A stretch of DNA of 63,834 nucleotides, counting the filler, from Collodictyon triciliatum (lineage: Eukaryota), in the NCBI GenBank assembly GCA_043381765.1. It is 4 parts of 4 records of this genome, joined end to end, with 100 filler letters (N's around TTAATTAATTAA, not from the genome) between each part and the next. Parts side by side here need not be neighbours in the genome. Positions count along the whole stretch, not along the records: positions 59,719 to 63,834 come from JBHJMP010000419.1; 3 more parts are not named here. One strand, given 5' to 3'. Position numbers and translations under genes: made by a program. The notes beneath the pieces are model-generated. The model made no database searches. It was not told the DNA's origin and was given only the letters and a program-made list of their open reading frames with translations. Positions 59,788-63,834 of this stretch are shown here, piece after piece. Position 1 is the first letter of the stretch; every line of letters begins with the position of its first letter.

Positions 59788-62481
59788 TTTGGCAGACAGT
59801 TCCAAGAGTTCATTCAAGCGCTTGGATGTGATGCGCGCGTAATACGTGGATATCACTCGAATATTCTGATGGAGAAAAATAAATTACAAATTTTTTTACA
59901 ATTGCAAATGCTTTCTTTTCGTTCTTATCCTCAATGGCACATCGAATATCATGCAGGCTTCTAGAATTAAGTATTCACATGTTCTATCACACGGCGATGA
60001 AGATCATTCCAGTGCTTCGTGTTCGATTCTATGAATTATTGAAGGGGCAGGCCTTATCGCAACGGAAACTCTCAAAGCGCAAAGATAAACAAAGTCGAAA
60101 GCACCCGACTCTACAAAAATGACATACCTTTGAAAAATTTAAACAGATCGTTTTCACTCGCCAACTCTTCCTTCAAAGCATTCTGAAACTCGGGTTGGAA
60201 TTTTTTCCACGCGATCAATTCATACGTGATGAATTTCTTGAGCAGCTCCCTATGTATTTTAAGTAATGTACACGCATTTGAATAACCATGTCACTAAAGA
60301 TGTGTATGTTAGTTATGGGGATACCATATATATTCTTTTGAATATACTTAAACTTGGGCAGGTCTTCAAGTTTTTTTTTGAGGTATGTTCGGTTTAGAAA
60401 ATCGGATTGTTCGTGGCTATATGGGCTGAGGGTGATGAAAACAACAGCCCGTTTCAAAGCCTATTTTGCAGATGTTTATTAACTAAATTTCTTGTTCCAT
60501 AATAAGAGCATGAGTGATAATATACTTTGCTGGCTTTTCACACATACGATTTTAATCGATAAAAATTTCATCAATGTGGAATCATTCTATGCCATTTGAA
60601 ATACAAAAATTAATGGAACTCTGCGAGTACTCTGAAGGGAAATGCCAGGAAAAAACGAATCATAAATTTAATTTAGAAGAGAAGAAGAGAAGAGAAGAGA
60701 AGAGAAGAGAAGAGAAGAGAAGAGAAGAGAAGAGAAGAGAAGAGAAGAGAAAGAGAAAGAGAAAGAGAAAGAGAAAGAGAAAGAGAAAGAGAAAGAGAAA
60801 GAGAAAGAGAAAGAGAAAGAGAAAGAGAAAGAGAAAGAGAANNNNNNNNNNNNNNNNNNNNNNNNNNNNNNNNNNNNNNNNNNNNNNNNNNNNNNNNNNN
60901 NNNNNNNNNNNNNNNNNNNNNNNNNNNNNNNNNNNNNNNNNAAGAGAAAGAGAAAGAGAAAGAGAAAGAGAAAGAGAAAGAGAAAGAGAAAGAGAAAGAG
61001 AAAGAGAAAGAGAAAGAGAAAGAGAAAGAGAAAGAGAAGAGTATGAATACATGCTGGATATACGAATAGTTACGTAAATGGCTTTGGTACTGTCCGCTTC
61101 GACACTGGGAGTTTCGAATATGTGCAGATGGCAGCGAGCAATCTCGATGTAATTGCTGTGATGAGTGTGGTAATCAATAAGCAACCTATAGTAGCGCGTC
61201 TTCAATTCCTAGTGCATGAGTATTGTGAGAGAAAGATGTGAATTCCATAGTGCCAAATGTAAAGTTTTGTGGCCGGATGGGAGTGATTGTGATGAAGGTC
61301 ATTGCGAGATTATGCCCAACCTGCATGCTTTCATCTGCGAACACTTTTGTATTTATTTTGCGAATGATAATCATCGCACGGACATAATCCTTGCAGTCTA
61401 GACACAGCCTGACTTGTTCAAGTAAGAAGTCCGTCTTTTCTTTCTTTTCCATTGTCCCATAGGTTTCAACCTTTTATAAAGTTGCATACACAATGTTTTA
61501 AGCTACAGAATGCCTTGAAAAGAAAAAACAGAATACGAAAAGTCAAAAGCAAGGCACGTTCGGCTCGAGGGGCTAATATCTGTGTCGTACTTGGACTTCT
61601 TGCATCAGTTCGCAAGCCTCACTGATTTTTCCATCCTTTTCTTTCATCTTGGCTTTGATGCGTATAAGATTGGCTCGCTCATTCTCTACGTGGATCTATG
61701 AAGACACATGAATTGAGAAACAAATGGTACTGTGTGGTCCTTCTTCGAGATAGAAGTAGCTGAAGTAGTATACCTTTCCCTCAGAAACAGCGCAGAGACA
61801 ATCAATGAGCTCTAGTTTATCAGCTTCTCCTACCTTGTCAACATATTCACAAGCTTTTTGGACAAGTTTCGTTAGAACCTGGGAGTGGAAGGTAAATAAG
61901 GTTCCTTTCTGGAGGGACACATACGCATCATTTGGTACAATGGAAATAGTTCTTGATAAACCAAAAGTTAGTGTGATATGATAACTCAGAGGCAGACCAT
62001 TTTCAACTGACCGCGGCGCTTTGAGAGAATAAATATATTCTCGATTAAATCCTTCCATTGCTTGACTTCAAAGCATATTTCTAGAATCGCGATGGCGATG
62101 CGGCTTGTCTCGATAGAATCATTTGCCTTAAAGGGAAACGACATGTGCGAATTTTTTTTTAAAAAATGGGCGTTATGAAAAGAAAAGAAAAGTATGAAGT
62201 ATTATTGGGGCGAGTCGAAGGATGGAGCTGAGCAAGTTGGACACACCAGTCTAGTCTCCTTCTCGGTAACAAGCAGGTTAGCGATAGCCTCCTGAACCTT
62301 TCCCTGCTATTGTGCCGATGGAGTCGTACTCTGTCAGTTTCTCAAGAAAGTAAAGAAGCGAAAGAAAAAAAAAGGCTGAAATACACAACCAAAGGAACTA
62401 ATAAACCTCCAAGGCTAAAGCACGGCCGCTCGCGATGGCTGCGTCGACGACTTCTTTGAACTGTCCCTCTTTTAAGGCCAT
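59788..62481 (-). CDS. PSMD12: 26S proteasome lid subunit RPN5, 3'-truncated
   Basis: ATG at 62481. [96 protein letters not shown]. Confidence 0.95.
60676..61040. repeat. (GAAGA)n-(GAAAGA)n in an RPN5 intron spanning an N gap
   Basis: Directly visible. Confidence 0.95.
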
Positions 62482-63542
62482 CCCTTTGTTGGATAGCAGG
62501 ATCTAGCGCAAAGTCAACATGTGAGGCGGATGAGGCCAATGGAATGAAAATAGTACAGACTCAGCTCGTGTGCGTGTTGGGTTGTTGAACTTGTTTGATC
62601 GCGGGTGGATCTTGGCGGTGCCTCTGAGGTTCCGGCTGATTGTGTTACGTTTGATCCACAGACTTTGATCGATGCTTCGATTCTGATTCAAGGAACTTCC
62701 CGCCCATCTGGATTCGTGAGAACTGGGTTAGTTCAATCCGAGTTCNNNNNNNNNNNNNNNNNNNNNNNNNNNNNNNNNNNNNNNNNNNNNNNNNNNNNNN
62801 NNNNNNNNNNNNNNNNNNNNNNNNNNNNNNNNNNNNNNNNNNNNNNNNNNNNNNNNNNNNNNNNNNNNNNNNNNNNNNNNNNNNNNNNNNNNNNNNNNNN
62901 NNNNNNNNNNNNNNNNNNNNNNNNNNNNNNNNNNNNNNNNNNNNNNNNNNNNNNNNNNNNNNNNNNNNNNNNNNNNNNNNNNNNNNNNNNNNNNNNNNNN
63001 NNNNNNNNNNNNNNNNNNNNNNNNNNNNNNNNNNNNNNNNNNNNNNNNNNNNNNNNNNNNNNNNNNNNNNNNNNNNNNNNNNNNNNNNNNNNNNNNNNNN
63101 NNNNNNNNNNNNNNNNNNNNNNNNNNNNNNNNNNNNNNNNNNNNNNNNNNNNNNNNNNNNNNNNNNNNNNNNNNNNNNNNNNNNNNNNNNNNNNNNNNNN
63201 NNNNNNNNNNNNNNNNNNNNNNNNNNNNNNNNNNNNNNNNNNNNNNNNNGATCTAAGCACGGTAATGATATCTTTTAAAAAAATATTTTATTATTTGCTC
63301 GAACTGAGACGCGATTATTTTTTCCACTTTCCCACACCTCTGTCTGCCTATTTTTTCTTTAAATACATAACACAAAGACATAAACCACTTCGCCCACCAT
63401 TGACGGACTTGTTCTTCTCTGCATCATCACTCGACGATGGTGCTCTTCCAAACTGCTTTTTTTTCCTTTGGATCGGCACCTATTTAAATACATATCCACA
63501 GTGCATCACACTCAGCACTTGATGAAGTCTTTATCTTCTAAG

Positions 63543-63697
63543 TAATTGAATCACTTTGCACCAAGCAGACGGAATCCTCCTATGTTACAATAACTAATGG
63601 AATTGACGGCAATATTATCGGAGAAGTCATCTCGATATCCTCCGGGTTTACCGTAGAGAATACATATTTCACAGTTCGTGATTTGGAGTCAGGAAAG
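63543..63697 (+). CDS. Probable internal exon of an unidentified gene
   Basis: AG...GT-bounded open stretch IESLCTKQTESSYVTITNGIDGNIIGEVISISSGFTVENTYFTVRDLESGK; no family recognised. Confidence 0.35.
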
Positions 63698-63734
63698 GTT
63701 TTTTTTTTCAATAGCCCTGTCTGAATAGCAAAAA

Positions 63735-63834
63735 GAAAAGGAGAAAAGGAGAAAAGGAGAAAAGGAGAAAAGGAGAAAAGGAGAAAAGGAGAAAAGGAGA
63801 AAAGGAGAAAAGGAGAAAAGGAGAAAAGGAGAAA
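63735..63834. repeat. (GAAAAGGA)n at window end
   Basis: Directly visible. Confidence 0.95.

Noticed and set aside
24894..62481. Functional cluster of ubiquitin/proteasome/DNA-damage genes (CSN5, PDRG1, REV7, RBR, RPN5)
   Set aside because: These are common housekeeping classes, interspersed with unrelated genes and split across assembly spacers.

Overview
Gene-dense, intron-rich eukaryotic (protist-like) genomic DNA, read in the standard genetic code, with short AT-rich GT-AG introns that often contain long microsatellites. The window is four assembly pieces joined by artificial 100-nt N44-TTAATTAATTAA-N44 spacers (31583, 44784, 59619), which truncate genes. Splicing by eye gives, in order: VPS53 (-), a membrane class III (guanylate-type) cyclase with atypical active-site residues (+), tRNA-Lys(TTT), an NHL-repeat protein (+), sphingolipid delta-4 desaturase DEGS1 (-), two tandem CTL/SLC44/PNS1 transporter paralogs (-) separated by an intron-containing tRNA-Arg(CCT), CSN5 (-), PDRG1 (+), REV7/MAD2L2 (-, 5' cut), an ~11-kb SFI1-repeat-like gene (+, 5' cut), a GC-rich island that may be a decayed tyrosine-recombinase element, THADA/Trm732 (+, 5' cut), an RBR E3 ligase (+), phytochelatin synthase with a presequence-like N-terminus (+, 3' cut), RPN5/PSMD12 (-, 3' cut) and an unknown exon at the end. 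I found no convincing multi-gene novel system. The best leads are the atypical cyclase, the possible recombinase relic, the possibly organelle-targeted phytochelatin synthase and the SFI1-like protein. Exon boundaries are manual and no database searches were run.
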